Below are positions 1 to 13,475 of a DNA stretch of 64,000 nucleotides, one piece after another; position 1 is the stretch's first letter, and each line of letters opens with the position of its first letter. The notes under the pieces are model-generated. The model had not been told where the DNA came from. It did not search any database and was given only the letters and a program-made list of their open reading frames with translations. This DNA comes from Lama glama (Eukaryota). The position numbers and the translations under genes were made by a program. The stretch lies in assembly GCA_028534125.1 (NCBI GenBank), contig CM052818.1:42224001-42288000 (forward strand), given 5' to 3'.

Positions 1-2049
1 CACATTGATTAAGTCCAGCTATTCTGAGTGCTTTATGCTCAGTGATGTCTCAGTGACCTTTGAAGTAGGTGTTGTCAGGATGATGATGAGGGCCGTGACG
101 TTTAGCTGGGCCTCCAGCTGGCGGGGGATCAGAAGTGCCCCTGCTCAAGTTCCCGACTGCCTTGGTGCTTCCATTTTGTTCCTGGTTGGGAGCGATTATT
201 TGTCCAGACATTTGTGTATTCATCCTGTGACTGAGCTTCTGTTTTAGACAGACCAGGCGCTCCTTTGTGCCTTAATAGTCATGTAGAATATACATACATA
301 CACAGGTAAAGCCAGTGTGGTGAACGGTGAACTCAGGTGGAAGGTATACTGGTGTTTCATTGTGTAATCATTTCAGCTTTTCAGTAGCTATGAAATTTGT
401 CAAAATGAAAGGTTGAGGGAAAAAAGGAAAAACAGGTGAGTGTGGAGGACTTAAGGCGAGAGAAAGTAGGCAGGCTGTGAAGGGCCATTTCAGTGCAGCG
501 GAGCCAAGGGTATTTGTGACAGAGGGGCCGGGACAGGGAAAGGCACTGAGGACTGTCATGTTCTGTGAAACCTTGTTGCACCTTGGCGTCTTTGAATCCT
601 CTGTGCTTTCACTTCGCTCCTTACTGAAGTATTGGAATCTGCTCTGCTGTGTACTCCCCTTCCTTCTCTGGCCTGAAGCTTCGGTATTGGAGTCTCTCAA
701 AAGAAAATTGCTTGTGCACTGACAGACTGAGTGGGGGGAAATAATGAATTACAAATTGAAGGCTCTGCTGTATGATAAACTTCTTGAAATGCGGCAAGTG
801 TGTTTTAATTATGTGAGTGCCTTTTAAATGCATCTTGCAGCTAAACTTACAGTCATTCTGCATAGCCTTCCCCTACCCTGAAGTAACTTGGAGGTTGAGA
901 GGACTGGTTCTCTTGTCAGGTGGCAGGTACTGTTCTCATGGAACTTCGTGTTTGTTAAAGGTCGCCGTTGTGTTGAGGTGGATGGACATTGACCGAAAAC
1001 AATGCTGCTGACACGTATGTTCTTGTCTCTCACAAGGCTGCTAGGCTGTAAAAAGAGACCATGCAAAATTCAATATATGCATTGACCAAAGTTCCAAATG
1101 AATGTCAGTGTCATCCAAATGAGATAGTTTTATCTGTTCATTTATTTCTTCAGCATCAGATCACAGCTCCAGGAATCAGGAACAAAAAGGTAGCAGCCCT
1201 CAAGGGGCTTACTGTACCAGAGGATGCAGCCGTGTCCACAGATGAGGGCAGTAAGCTCCGGCAGGTGCCAGGTTAGCGTTCAGTACCCGGGAGGACGGAA
1301 GGAGCCTGGGCTCAGGAGGCAGATGCCTGGGATTGGGATTCTGGATCATCGCTTCCCACTGGCATACTAGGCTCTTGACAACATATGTGAAGGCACTTGA
1401 TAAACAATAAAATGTTCTACGGTGTTAATTATTATTGTTTTTATTTTTAAGATGAAAATTTTAGGGAAATAACGTAAAAATGAACAAAACTGACTTTTCT
1501 GTTATTGCTTCTGCTGCCTTTTTAATATAGAATATTGTTGTGAAAAGAACACAGGCTTTTTGAAGTCCTGTTTCTTCGAGAAATGCTGATTCCATGAGAA
1601 GACAGAAGTAGTCAGAATATTCTCATACGATCTCACCACCTGCCTACACCTGCACATAGATGCCGTATCTTTTTTCTCGTTATTGCGGATGAACTGCATT
1701 TTGCCCCAGCTGAGGCCAGCTCCTCCATTGTCCACTAGACCTCACACTTTTGATGTTTGAAGGATGTTTTTCCAAATCCTTAATCTTGCTGTCTCTTAGG
1801 TGTATCAACATACAGCATGCGTTCATTTCCCCTATTGTAAAAACTCTTCAGTTTTGGAGGATTTAGAGCCTCCTAAACCCTGCTACCACCCTTTCTTTCC
1901 TTTTCTTCAACATGTTCAAGAGTCATCTGTACCTGATCTAACTCCTCTTTTTTCCATTCTCTCCTTGAATTTGCCTGAATGGGGCTTTATCTCCACCGTT
2001 TCACTGAAACCGTCTTAACTGGTGTTATCAGGGCCCTCCAGTGTTTTAG

Positions 2050-3110
2050 CAGTTGATCAGTTTATTGGTATTCTTTAATTCCTACCAAGTGCTTATACAA
2101 AAATCCGTTGATTTTATTTTCCCCTTTTCCTCTCCTTTCTCCGCCCCTTTTTAATTGTGTTATCTCTATTTTGCCAAAACATACAATTTTTATACATTAG
2201 TTTCAACTCTAATCTTCATGTTTCTTTAGTCACAGTTGTTCATTTATATATTTTGAAATGGTCACCCTCACTTTTGTTGAAGTTTTCCCAGTCAGTTCTT
2301 GGTTGGATGAAATTATCCTTTAATAGATGTTTTGAGAAGGGCTCATTAATGAAGAGTGTCTTAAATTCTTGAATGTTAGGAATTGTTTTCCCCATAGCTT
2401 GGATATTTAAAGGAAGAATTATCTGGATATAAAATCTTTGGTTTATCCATTCTTTCATTGAACTGTAAAAAACAAAACAAAACAAAACAAAAAACCCCAA
2501 AAAACCAAAACAAAAACAACACTATTCTATCGTTGCTTTGCTTCAGATGTAGAATTTGAAGAGTTGATGTAAGTCAGATTACCTGCCCTTTGTATGTTTT
2601 TTGGCCATTTTGTTTGGAGGCTGTAAGGATTTTCTCTATCTTTGAATTCTAATTGCTTTCCTAGGATATTTCTTGGAGTGATTTTTAAAGGTTAATATAC
2701 CCACTCTTTCAATATATAGATTCAGGTCTTTTTTCCTTCTTGAAAGGTTTTCTTGGACTGTAATTTTTGGCAGTGGTTTTAGGTAGACCTTGAACCCCTT
2801 TGCTAGCTTGCCACATCTGTCTCCTGGTCCCTGCAGGATTTTTTTCAGTCCACTTTTGCTCACCACCAAGCCTTGTTGTAGGTCTGGGTCAGGGTGGGTG
2901 CGAACGTGGGGGCTGGCAAGAGCAGTGGAGATGAGACACTGGGTTTTGGTGGTTTTTCTCTTTCTGCTTACAATTTTTTGAAGCTTCTATCTTCAGGCTA
3001 AGCTGAGGGTATGAATTTTCTTGTAGATGTATTTTTCCTTCTTGTATTTTCTTGTTTTTGGAGAAAATGTGGAGCTAGGCCATCAGTAATGTCTTCAGCT
3101 ATTCGGAAGT
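2050..3110 (-). mobile_element. Ancient L1ME/HAL1-like fragment containing a (CAAAA)n repeat at about 2466-2520
   Basis: Motifs such as ggatataaaatctttgg and gatgtaagtcagatt...cctttgta resemble antisense old L1 ORF1/HAL1; highly degraded. Confidence 0.45.
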
Positions 3111-3159
3111 TCTGGTAGGAACATTTTTAACTTCAGCGAAAGAATGACCTCCACTTTGC

Positions 3160-3880
3160 CTTTTCTTTTTAAATTAAAATAAAATTCAAGTAACATAAAA
3201 CTGACTATTACCCATTTTCAAGTGTACAATTCAGCGGCGTTTAGTACATTCATGATGTTATGCAACCATCACCACTATCTAGGTCCAAGACATTTTCTTC
3301 ACCCCAAGGGGAAATGCCAAAACAGTCACTCTCTGTTGTCCTCTCCCCTGAGCTCCTGGCAATGCTAGTCCGCTTTCTGTTCCTATGGATTTGCCTATTC
3401 TGAAAATTTCATAAAAATGGAATCATGCAATACAATTTCATATCTGGCCTGTTTCATTTAGCATAATATTTTTGAAGTTCATCCAAATTGTAGCATGCAT
3501 CAGTACTTCATTCCCTTTTACGACTGAATAATATTCCATTGTATGAGTACACTGCATTTTGTTTATCCATTCTTCCTGAAGACATTTGAGTTGCTTCTAC
3601 TTTCTGGCTATTATGAATAGTGTTGCTGTGAACAATTGTACAAGTATTTGAACACCCATTTTCAGTTCTTCTTTTTTTTTTTTAATCTTGACAGGTTGGT
3701 TTTATTCTTTATCAGTGCTGGTCATTTTGTTTTCAGTTCTTTTGGGTGTATGCCTAGAAGGGAATTGTTGGTTTATTTGATAATTCTGTTTAACTTTCTG
3801 AGCAACCACCGGACGGTTTTCCACAGTGGCTGTACCGTTTTATATTCTCACCAGCAACGTACTAGTGTTCCAAGTTTAAG
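3160..3880 (-). mobile_element. L1M (L1MB-like) 3' end, antisense
   Basis: ttcaagtgtacaattcag...tttagtacattca, tagcataatatttttgaagttcatcca, aataatattccattgtatg and gttttccacagtggctgtacc are typical of an antisense L1 3' UTR/ORF2 end. Confidence 0.85.
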
Positions 3881-4329
3881 AACTTTAACAATACTTACTT
3901 TCTCTATAATTTAAATACTTACTTTCCATTTCTAAAAAATTATAAGTATAATTTTTGCTTTGGTAAGTGTATTTGCCCTTATAAGTATATTTCTTAAATC
4001 TAGAGACAAATAGTCTTGTGCTATATTATTTCAAAAACTGTTTCTAAATGATATTTTTTTCCTGGTGTTTTTTAAGTGTAGGAGCAATTTTTTCATGAGT
4101 GAATTTCTGTTGGGAGTGTTGGCCTTTTCCGTAGAGATGCTAGGATAAAACGGGAACCTGGCATAGCCACATCTGAGAAGAGCCACTCAGCAACAGGTTC
4201 TAATTTGCATAGATTGTACTCGACTTGTTTTGTATGTATTTTGAAAACATTTGATTGTGGGTAAATTTTGTGAAGACTTGTCATTTGAAGGATTTTTTTT
4301 TCCCAAAACAAAAACAGAGTCTCACCAAG

Positions 4330-4371
4330 ATTTCTGATACTTATTGATGAATTTCTGATACTTATTGATGA
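4330..4371. repeat. Perfect 21-bp tandem duplication (ATTTCTGATACTTATTGATGA x2)
   Basis: Read directly: 4330-4350 equals 4351-4371. Confidence 0.95.
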
Positions 4372-4497
4372 TTTTCTTAACCATTTCTTAAAATACTAGC
4401 TTTGCTGTACTTTTCATTTCATGATAAAAGGTCTTTATACAATGAGAATGCATTCCATTGATTTTTTTTTTTTGTATAATGTGTATTTATTTTGTAG

Positions 4498-4566
4498 GTA
4501 CCGAAGACACTGGGATTATTAAGGATGTTAAGTGTCAAGTTTTACAGTCGCCAGGGACAAGAACAG
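4498..4566 (+). CDS. NBAS: NBAS internal coding exon (about human exon 11), 69 nt, phase 0-0
   Basis: Acceptor ttttgtag and donor gtaata; translates VPKTLGLLRMLSVKFYSRQGQEQ, which I recognise as NBAS directly preceding DGIFKMSLSPDG; in frame with the next exon. Confidence 0.93.
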
Positions 4567-4689
4567 GTAATACAAATTGGCTTAACTTTGTGCTTCTCAA
4601 ACATTTTCACCAGAGTCCCTTTAAGGGCAAAGTTGAATGAACCTTGAATGTTACAGATTTTCATCTGATTTTGCTCTTAATTATGTACT

Positions 4690-4800
4690 TTGTGGGTATA
4701 TGCATTAATAAGAATTCATGGAGCGTTTCATTGAAGATTTGTGTATTTTGCCATATATATCATTCTTATCTCAATAAAGAAAATTAAAAAAAAAAAAGAA
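4690..4800 (+). mobile_element. Old L1 extreme 3' end with polyA signal and A tail, sense to NBAS
   Basis: gatttgtgtattttgccatatatatcattcttatctcAATAAA followed by an A-rich tail. Confidence 0.6.
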
Positions 4801-7389
4801 TAAACCTAGTCCCCTTGTGTCTGGGGATTTAGCCCGAAGAAGTCTCCTGGAAGCATTATAAATCTTTGAAGTTTCTTACTTTATCTTTTTTTTGGGAATT
4901 TTATGTCCTTGTCCATAGCATATTCCTTTTGATTGTTGTAAAATAAAAAAAAGATTCTTCCCTAAATCTGAGATTACTGATGTTGCAGGAGGAAATGAGC
5001 CGTGTTGACCCTGTTTCTGTTCACTCTCTCTGCACGGCTGCCACAAGAGTCTTGGTAGCTGGCCTCTTCAATCCATATTCCTCCCTGTTTTGGGGGGACT
5101 CAGCCTAATTTTCCTGTTTGTTCAATTTCTTTATTAAACCAGGGGAGATTGTAAGAAATACAGAAATTTCAAGAAATATAATGAGCATTTTCTTGCTGCA
5201 TTTGTATTTAATGTATTTAAAATTCTGAGTTCTAGTTATTTCTCTGTCATTGACCTCAACTAGTTCACGTCTTCTGGGTTGGTTTGGCATTGTACCTGTA
5301 GAATTGAACAGTAACACTACTCTTTATGTCTAGAAAGTCATTTTCATTTTAATCCCTTGTATGTCTGCACTGTTTTCCAGTTAGCATTCTCTTCTGTTAT
5401 TTCATAGAGTTTGTCTTCATTTAGCAGATGAAGAGACATATGCAGGACTAGGTGACCTGGCCCCTGCCATGTACTTTGTTGTTTCTGATTGACCGTGTTG
5501 TGTCTGTTGGTTTCTCTGTTACCGTATCAGCGGGCGAGAGCATTATTTAGTTTTTCTCCCTGGACCTTTTTCCCTTTCTCTTTAATTCTATCTAAATAAT
5601 AATTCTGTCTTTAAAATTTTTTTAAGGGTTTAATTTTTAAAATTCTTTTGACAGTAATTAAGCAATTATGTGGCACTTCCACAGTTATTTATTCTTTTAG
5701 TCAGTCAGCAAGCACTTAAGTTGAGCTAGCCATGGCGTCAGAGCTGAGAGTAAACAGACGAGTGAAATACAGTGCACCTCCTCAGGGAGCCCTCAGTGTA
5801 GTGGGGGAGGCGGATGTGGAAGCAGCCGTAAAACAGGACCCTGTTACACATTTTATAACCTCTTCTGTAATGTAATATGAAGTGCCCTTGAGGTGCAGAG
5901 AGGGACCATTTAACTCTGGAGGTGATAACTTGATTTGGAAGTGAGGGCGTGCTCCCCAGGCAGGCAGGGAGAGGCTGGGCAGCGCCAGCCCGGGAGCGGC
6001 GTGTGTTGGAGAACACCGCAGAACTCTCCACTCTGCTGGGGGTGGGGTCCGTGGACTCTTATTATTCTGTTTCATGTTTATTTTATTTGGACCAACATAG
6101 TTGTAGCACGTTTAGAACAAGAATTGTTTGAGGGTTGATATACATGACTCTCCTTTGTACCATATCTCACACATACTGAAGTGTTTCGTTGATGAGTTGA
6201 TCTGGTATGTTAATAGGCAGACGTAACTCTGTTCACTCAGTATAAAATGACCATCTTCTCTTCCTTACCTCCTGGGAACTCCGGATTGACGTAACTTTGA
6301 CTCCTGCTATTGATTATTCTTTTGTGTGGAACTCAGCTCTTTCTTATTTTCATCAGTATCCTCTGTGATTGAACCCAAGGAGGAAGAAGCAAGCAACTAA
6401 TTTCCATATATTTTGGTCTTTCTTTGTGACATCTTGTACCAGAATCCTTAACTGTTTGGACTTTTAAAAAGACTTTATGAAATTAGTACTCTAAAATCAG
6501 TGCCTTTCAGTCAATATCTGAATGTTATATGAGTATCTTATTTGAACTCAGTGGTTCCCAGCCCAGAAGTAATTAAGGGGGATAGATTTTTAGCATAATT
6601 TTAGAGCTGAAAGGCCTCATGGAGCTTATTTAAGAATTGCATATTGTTGTGAACACTCCCTAGCTTAACAGTTCTTTTACATGCTCTCACAGGAAGTTTG
6701 CGTTCATGGCATCAAAATGCCTCTTTTATTGATGAAGACATTAAAGCCTCAAGACAAATGGCTTACCCAAACTCACCTACCTAGCTAGTGTCAGAGATGG
6801 GTTTGGTCTTGAGTAGACTCATGATCCAGTGCTGTTTATTCACTGTCTCTTGTTGGTTCTTGTCTAAACCTTTAGTTGGACAATTGAAGAAACAGAGGCC
6901 AAGATATGTTGTACTTAAAAGTAGCCCAGGTTAAAAATTACTTATCATCTCAGAAAGAATGATGTTTCCGACTCAAGTTTGGCAGCGATTACATTTCTCT
7001 TTGAAAATGTGTTGGCTCTTAACTACTGCTACTTTTTAAACAAGATCTGCTTTCCCATATAGTGACCATGTGGTTAATATTTAGTTCATTTTCTTCTAGT
7101 CACTTGTCAGACTATAAAGTAGCAAGACTTGATTGGATGATATTAGAGGGAATATATATTATTAAAATAGCTAAGGCAGTGATTGTCACTTTGCAGGCCC
7201 TGATAAATGATAGTGGTGGCTGCTGTTCTGATCTGTTACTTTCTTTGTACACATAATTATAGAGCTAATAGTTAAATTATGGGTCCTATTTAAATTGTGG
7301 TTTAGTATACCCCAGATTTACATGATTTGAAATAATCAACTGCTGGTTGTCTGGCATAATTTATCTCTCAAAGAATATTAATGATCAAA

Positions 7390-7810
7390 ATTACTTGTTT
7401 TCTTTTGGGCTTCTTTTGTCACCAGAAAGCTTAAGTTTAAATTTTTCCCCTTATGTCTTGGGCTTTTGAGGTCTTAAGAAGTTCTTCCACCCCCTGACGT
7501 TGTAAAGGTGTTCTCCTATGTTTTCTTAAAGTTTCATGGTTTGGCTTTCACCTGTAAGTTTTCATATTGAATTTGTTTTTGTGGCCAAAGTTTAGTTGGA
7601 ATCTAATTTAATATTCTCTGTATGGCTAGCATCATTTATTCAATGCTGTATTCATTCCCAATTAATTCTATAATGCCCCCTCTGTCAGTACAGACATTTA
7701 CAGAGGGGGTATTATAGTTCTGTTTCTCTGCTCTCTTTTGTGTTTAATTGGTGTACATATTTATTCCCATGGCAATATCACATTTTTAATAAACTAAAGC
7801 TTTATAGTTA
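7390..7810 (-). mobile_element. Degraded L1ME ORF2 fragment
   Basis: ttctcctatgttttc...tttcatggttttggctttcac...gaatttgtttttgtg...gcatcatttattca resembles antisense L1 ORF2 3' region. Confidence 0.55.
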
Positions 7811-7999
7811 AGAAATAATTGTTTTTTTTAAAGTTTATTGGTTTGGAAAACTTTTTTTCCAAAGGCTTTTTTCTTTCCTGCGTACTTTCAGTTTCTTCCC
7901 CCCTTAGGTTGTTAACCAGGCTTTTGAGGATGACTTTCTTTTGACTTGAAAACAGAGTTCTGTTTATTTTTTGGGGTCAGACTTCAAAAGTACAGTGGG

Positions 8000-8130
8000 T
8001 TAGAATGTCAGCTGAGCTCCTTGAGGGCAGGGACTTGTTTGTTTTGTTCACTGCAGGTTCTCCAGAGTGTAAAACATTATTATGTATTATTGCTTGTATA
8101 ATATTCGATAAATAATTTTTGAGTGTTGAA
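8000..8130 (+). mobile_element. L2 3' end fragment
   Basis: tagaatgtcagct...ccttgagggcagggacttgtttgttttgttcactgc. Confidence 0.65.
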
Positions 8131-8911
8131 AGAGCAGTGCTTACAGATTCACCTTTTATTGAGCTGAGGTTTTTTTTTCTTTAAGTGTGTGTAATAATTT
8201 AGAACATTTTGAATGTGGGCACTAGAATTCAGTACTTTCATTTTAATATAACTTGTACATTTGAAAGGTATAATGAAATTGGAAATCATTCATTTTTAAT
8301 TGTTCTATATAGATGATAGACAGTTGAAAAAAGGGAGGCAATTTAAACTAATCTCAGTATAAAGGTCTGATATTTAACATTAAAAAAAACCTCTCTCTTA
8401 GAAAGGACAATTGAAAAGTTTTATTGCAGTGTTTGAGAGAAGGTACAGTTCCTACTCTCTGTATTGCTGCCAGAAGTAGAAGGCTTTAATTAGGGTTTGC
8501 AGTTGACACAAGATCAGATGGACAAGTGAGCTGGGAATTCAATATAAATGAGAAATGGAAGTGGAAATTAAAATAATGTTCACATTATTCATCTTAGTAG
8601 TATTTTGTTAGTATCACATTGCTACATTAGGATGCAAGGAAGTCAGAGGAAATTATCTTTGGAAAAGTTTTGGGAAGAGATTTGAGATGGGAAGAGAGCT
8701 GATGGTGGGGTTAATTAAAAGGGCCATAAATGCAGTACTCATGTAAGCAGATGGTTGACTGTGCAAGAAGGCCCTTGTAAGTCCTCTGCCTCTAACCCTG
8801 CTGTCTACCCCGTGTTACAAACTTACCAAGTAACCATCTAGCTAGGCTACCTTTGGGTGAAGTTAAAACCTCATGGGATAAACTGAAGCAGGTGGTCAGT
8901 GATATTCACTG

Positions 8912-10445
8912 TTTTTTTTTTCCTCACCTTTATTGAGGTATAATTAATAAATGAAGGTTGAAGTGTACAATGTGATAATTTGATATATGTAGGCCTACAT
9001 TGTGAAAGGATTTTCCTCCATTAAGTTCATTAATATATGCATCACCTCACATATTTACTTTTTGTGTCTGTGAGTATGTGTGAGAACATTTAAGTCCTAT
9101 TTTCAACAAATTGCAGTGATACAATGCAGTATTGTCAACCGTAGTCACCATGTTATGTGTTAGATCCTCAGACTTTATTCATCCTGTAATAGCGTTTGTA
9201 CCTTTTCACCAACTTCTCCCTGTTTCCTTCGCCCCCCCAGCCCCTGGTAAAGGCAACCACTTTTTTCATCTCTGTTTTTACGATTTTTTAATTTTTTTTT
9301 TAAAGATTCTACCTATAAGTGATTACCATGCAGTATTTGTCTTTCAGGATCTGGCTTATTTCACTTAGCAAAATGCCCTCCAGATTTGTTCATGTTGTTG
9401 CAAATGACATGATTTCTTTCTTGTTAAAGACTGAGTAATATTCCATTGTGAGTGTTTGTATGTATGTCACATTTTCTTCATTCGTCTGCTGGATGAACCA
9501 CTTAGGTGGTTTTCTGTAGCTTGGCTATTGTGAGTAATCCTGCAGTGAACATGGGAGTGCAGGTATCTCTTTACGGTAATGGTTTCATTTCCTTTGGGTA
9601 TATATCCAGAAGTGGGGTTGCTAGATCATGTGGTAGTTCAATTTATAATTTCTTGAAGACCCTCCATACTGTTTTCCATAGTGGCTGTACCCGTTTGCCT
9701 TCTTACCAGCAGTGCACAGGGTTCTCTTTTCTCTGTGTTCTCGCCAGCGTTTGTTATCTTGGTCTTTTTCATAATAGCCATCCTAACAGTTGTGAGATGA
9801 TATATCATTGTGTTTTTGATTTGTATTTCCCTGATGATCAGTGATGGTGAGCAACTTTCCATGTACCTGTTGGCCATTTGTGTGTCTTTGGAAAAATGCC
9901 TATTTAGATCCTTTGCCCATTTTTTAATTGGGTTAGTTGTCTTTTACTATTGAGTTGTATGATTTCCTTGTATATTTTGGATGTTAACCCCTTATTGGAT
10001 ATGTGGTTTACAAATATTTTCTTCTATTCCATAGGCTACCTTTTCATTTTGTTGATAGTTTCCTTTTCTGTGTAGATGCTTTTTAGTTTGATATAGTCTC
10101 ACTTGTTTTTGCTTTTGTTGCCTTTGCTTTGGTGTCAAATCCCCCCCCCAAAAAAAATCATTGCCAAGATCAATGTCAAGAAACTTACCTGACTCCATAT
10201 TTTCTCTAGTAGTTTTACAATTTCAGGTCTTACGTTTAAGTCGTTTAGAGTTGATTTTTTTTTTTTTTGGTATATAGTGTAATTTAGGGGTCCACTTTTC
10301 ATTCTTTTGCATGTGGCTATCCAGTGCCTAAGTGCTCTGGTGAGGACTTTCTATACTATGTTGGATAAAAGTGGTAAGAGTGGGCACCCTTGTCTTTCTC
10401 TTGATCTTGGAGGAAAAGCTTTCCAGCTTTTCACTGCCAAGATAG
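8912..10445 (-). mobile_element. L1 (L1MA-like) 5'-truncated, antisense, with internal deletion at 10325/10326
   Basis: T-tail then tttattgaggtataatt; ORF remnants 9638..9877 ([24 protein letters not shown]1 ORF2 C-terminus) and 9992..10198. Confidence 0.92.
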
Positions 10446-11109
10446 ATATTCTTGACCAACATTCCAGCTACTGAAATGATGATTAAGATGAACATGGCAT
10501 TTATAGTTGATGAATGTTAAGGAAATTCACAGACATATCTTAACCAATTACAGCTGAAAATTACAGCTCCACCTAAATTTTATTGCCTTTACAACGGCTT
10601 AATTCAAATTGAAGAGAAGGGAACAGGATTGTTATCCACTTAACTGAGAAATCTTAATGCAGTATGAGAAATTATGGTTTGAATGTTTGAGGTTTACTTT
10701 TATTGTGATGTGCAGTTGATTGAAAAGCCATTTCCTTCTATTTCCAAAACACATGCTCTTGAATTCTCTTCCTTGCCAAATATCAGGCATTCAGACTTCA
10801 AATACTGCAGACTCTGCTCACAGTATTTAGCATGGATTTTCTAACTCTGGCTTTATATCGTGTGTCACAGTTACTGTCAGGATAATACATTATTTTCTGG
10901 GCGAGAAATACCCTGCATGCTATAGACACTCAGAAATGTTTCTACAAATAGAAAGCAGAATTTATATTTCAGAGGGAAAACACTGTGTTTCTAGTAGCAT
11001 AGGTGACTTTTCTATCATTGACTGGCTACAATTTAGTTGCTATTAATCACTGTATCGTCCTATTGTGCATATACATGAAAGTTAAGCAGGTAACTTGGGA
11101 CTTGAAAGA

Positions 11110-11330
11110 ACTGTGTACTTGACGTGTGTGCATTTAACATCTTGGATTTGCTTTAAAATACTCTAGGGACAAAAATCCCTGAGGGCACTGTGGTAATTGG
11201 GGAATGATATTTGAAAACAAGTTTGAAATGTTAATTTTTGTTTAAGATGATTGGTTGGGCCCATGGATATTTATTATATTTTGATTTCTACTTTTGTGTA
11301 GTTGAGTACAAATTTCTACAACAAAATGCT
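11110..11330 (+). mobile_element. L1ME-like 3' end
   Basis: ggatttgctttaaaatactc...tttattatattttgatttctacttttgtgta...aatttctacaacaaaatg. Confidence 0.55.
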
Positions 11331-13475
11331 ATGGAAAGGAATGGTGAGATTGCAATATGGATGTCACAGTATCAAGTGAAACTAGGGATCAAGAGGTAGA
11401 AGAAGTGGTAACATTTTAGTGGATATATTTATTGCTTAAGTGTATAGGGAGATTGGAAGGAAGGGAGGGATGAAAACAAAAGGGAATTTAGCATATTTAG
11501 TCATTATTTCCCTGGTCATAATGCTATTAAATTAATCATGTTACTTAGTGTACAGTTTTTGGTTTGTTTTTTTTGTTAAAGGGATTCATAAACTTCCTAC
11601 TTGCTTTCAAAACACTTTTCGTCGACTTGTTTAGGAGCATTTGTAATACCTGCAAGTTACCGTAGAGATCACACATGCCTAATTATTCAGCTGATGAAAC
11701 AATAAATATACTTGATCATAAGTTCTTCTGAGGAGCGTGCTGGTGACTACTAGGAGGGCGGTGGCCCAGGTGAGGGCAGGAATTGTGGTGCGGCCCGGTG
11801 ACATGGAGTGGGTGCAAAGACTGCATCTGGCTCAGGTTCTGATCTTGGGCACGTGTCTTAGCTCTTCAGGTCTTCACTTTCTTCCTCTATAACCCCGAAG
11901 GGTGGATGGAGAGTTCTTTCAGTTAATAAGCGTCTGTGCTTCAGAGGCCTGTCTTACAAAACCACAGAGCTAACTGATTTCAGAGTCGTGAAAGAAAGAT
12001 GCCCGGTCCTTCATCTTCCACTCGTTCCCTGTCTGCATCGCAGAGATAAAAGTGCTTTTGCTTTTATTGCTCCTCCTTTGCGGGCATTTGTGTTTTCGTC
12101 TTTCTCACGCTTATTACGGCATTCTGGGACAGAGCTGCTCTGTCCAGTTAAAGTGAGTTTAGTCCTTGGTGAGATTACAGGATGCTCGTCGTCTTAACCC
12201 GTCCACTCGTCCGACACTGTTCCTCACTTCCTGAAATGGCTCTGTTTGTTTTTGACGGCTAACGTGCCTCGTCACCATAGACCTGTGGGCTTAAGCTCTA
12301 CTGTTTACAGAGGCCAGGTAGATACGGTGAATTGAGGCAGTTGTAAATTCTGGTTCTTCATTATAGTCGTGTTTAGTTTTCAGCTCTGCAGCTTTTGGCC
12401 TTGATGTTGGGGTCATTGTAGAGAGAGTTGGGGTTTTGGCTAACTGGAAAGCTTATGAACCTTCTAAGAGGGCATTCAATACCCTAGTCCCACCTGACTA
12501 TTGCTGTTTGGGCCCTGTGTTGCCAGATTTTCTAAATGTTCGGGAGAAATGTGGCTGTGGGCTGCTGTTCTCTGGTCTTTGTTTTATTTTTTTGCAGGTA
12601 CACTACCTAGACCCTGTTCTTAATAAATGCCTGAATTGGAAATAGATCTCGTTTGTTTCCTTGATTCTTCTGGTTCTGTTGTAGTTAGTAAGCAGGTGAC
12701 ATCTCCACTGGGATGGTTTCTCTTGTGATAGCTGAGCAAACCTGGTATTCTCATAGGGAAGAACTAAGAGATTATCTAGGCCAGTGGAACTAAGAGGTCA
12801 CGTCTTTCTCTGTGCCCTGGGATTGGCCACATAAAATATTGCACGGTGTCTCTGTTCGGTGGCAACGCCTTAGATTCCTTAAATTGAAGAATTTGCCGGC
12901 AGATCTGGAAAATCTTACACGTTTATAGTGTTCCTTAAATTAAGGAATACATTTTCCTCTAGTCAGTCTCTTGTTCCCATCACCCTTTTGGACCTCTTTT
13001 CCTTCATCTTTCTCTTCCTCCCTCTCCCTTTCCTTCTCTTTCATGGCATGAATTTATGGCCAGTCCATGGTATGGAGTATTCTAGACATTGTTCATAAAG
13101 AATCTTGTAAAGATGTGGACCCCAAATTCAGGATTCACAATTTTGTCAACATCAACCCATAAAAGATACTGGTAACTCATGGTAATCTATGTGTGACATT
13201 AAGGAATATTTTTATAATGCTTGCATGTTCGAGTTTTGAGTGATATGTAAATTATAACACTATAAAGTAGATTAAAAAAAAACTCCTTAAGGGCGAGAGT
13301 CTTGTTTTTATATTCTGGAGCACAGTTATAGTGTTATGAAGCTGTCAGAATCCTTAATTATGAGAGATCATTTATGACATGGCACCCCGAAAGAGTATTA
13401 TTGAATTCTGGAAGTTATTTCTATTCGGCTACAAGTCCCTTGCGCTGACACTAATGTAATATAATTATTGTCTAG

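Noticed and set aside
2886..2912. G-quadruplex-like G-tract cluster (also about 25915-25950 and 31979-32010)
   Set aside because: Long or irregular loops, located in decayed repeats, with no supporting context.
4491..4503. AG|GT at exon starts (also 29708-29711) as recursive splice sites
   Set aside because: GTACCG and GTTAAC are poor donor matches and are explained by the coding sequence.
12876..12950. Repeated ttccttaaatt motif with a near-palindrome at 12931-12947
   Set aside because: Short and AT-rich; compatible with chance.
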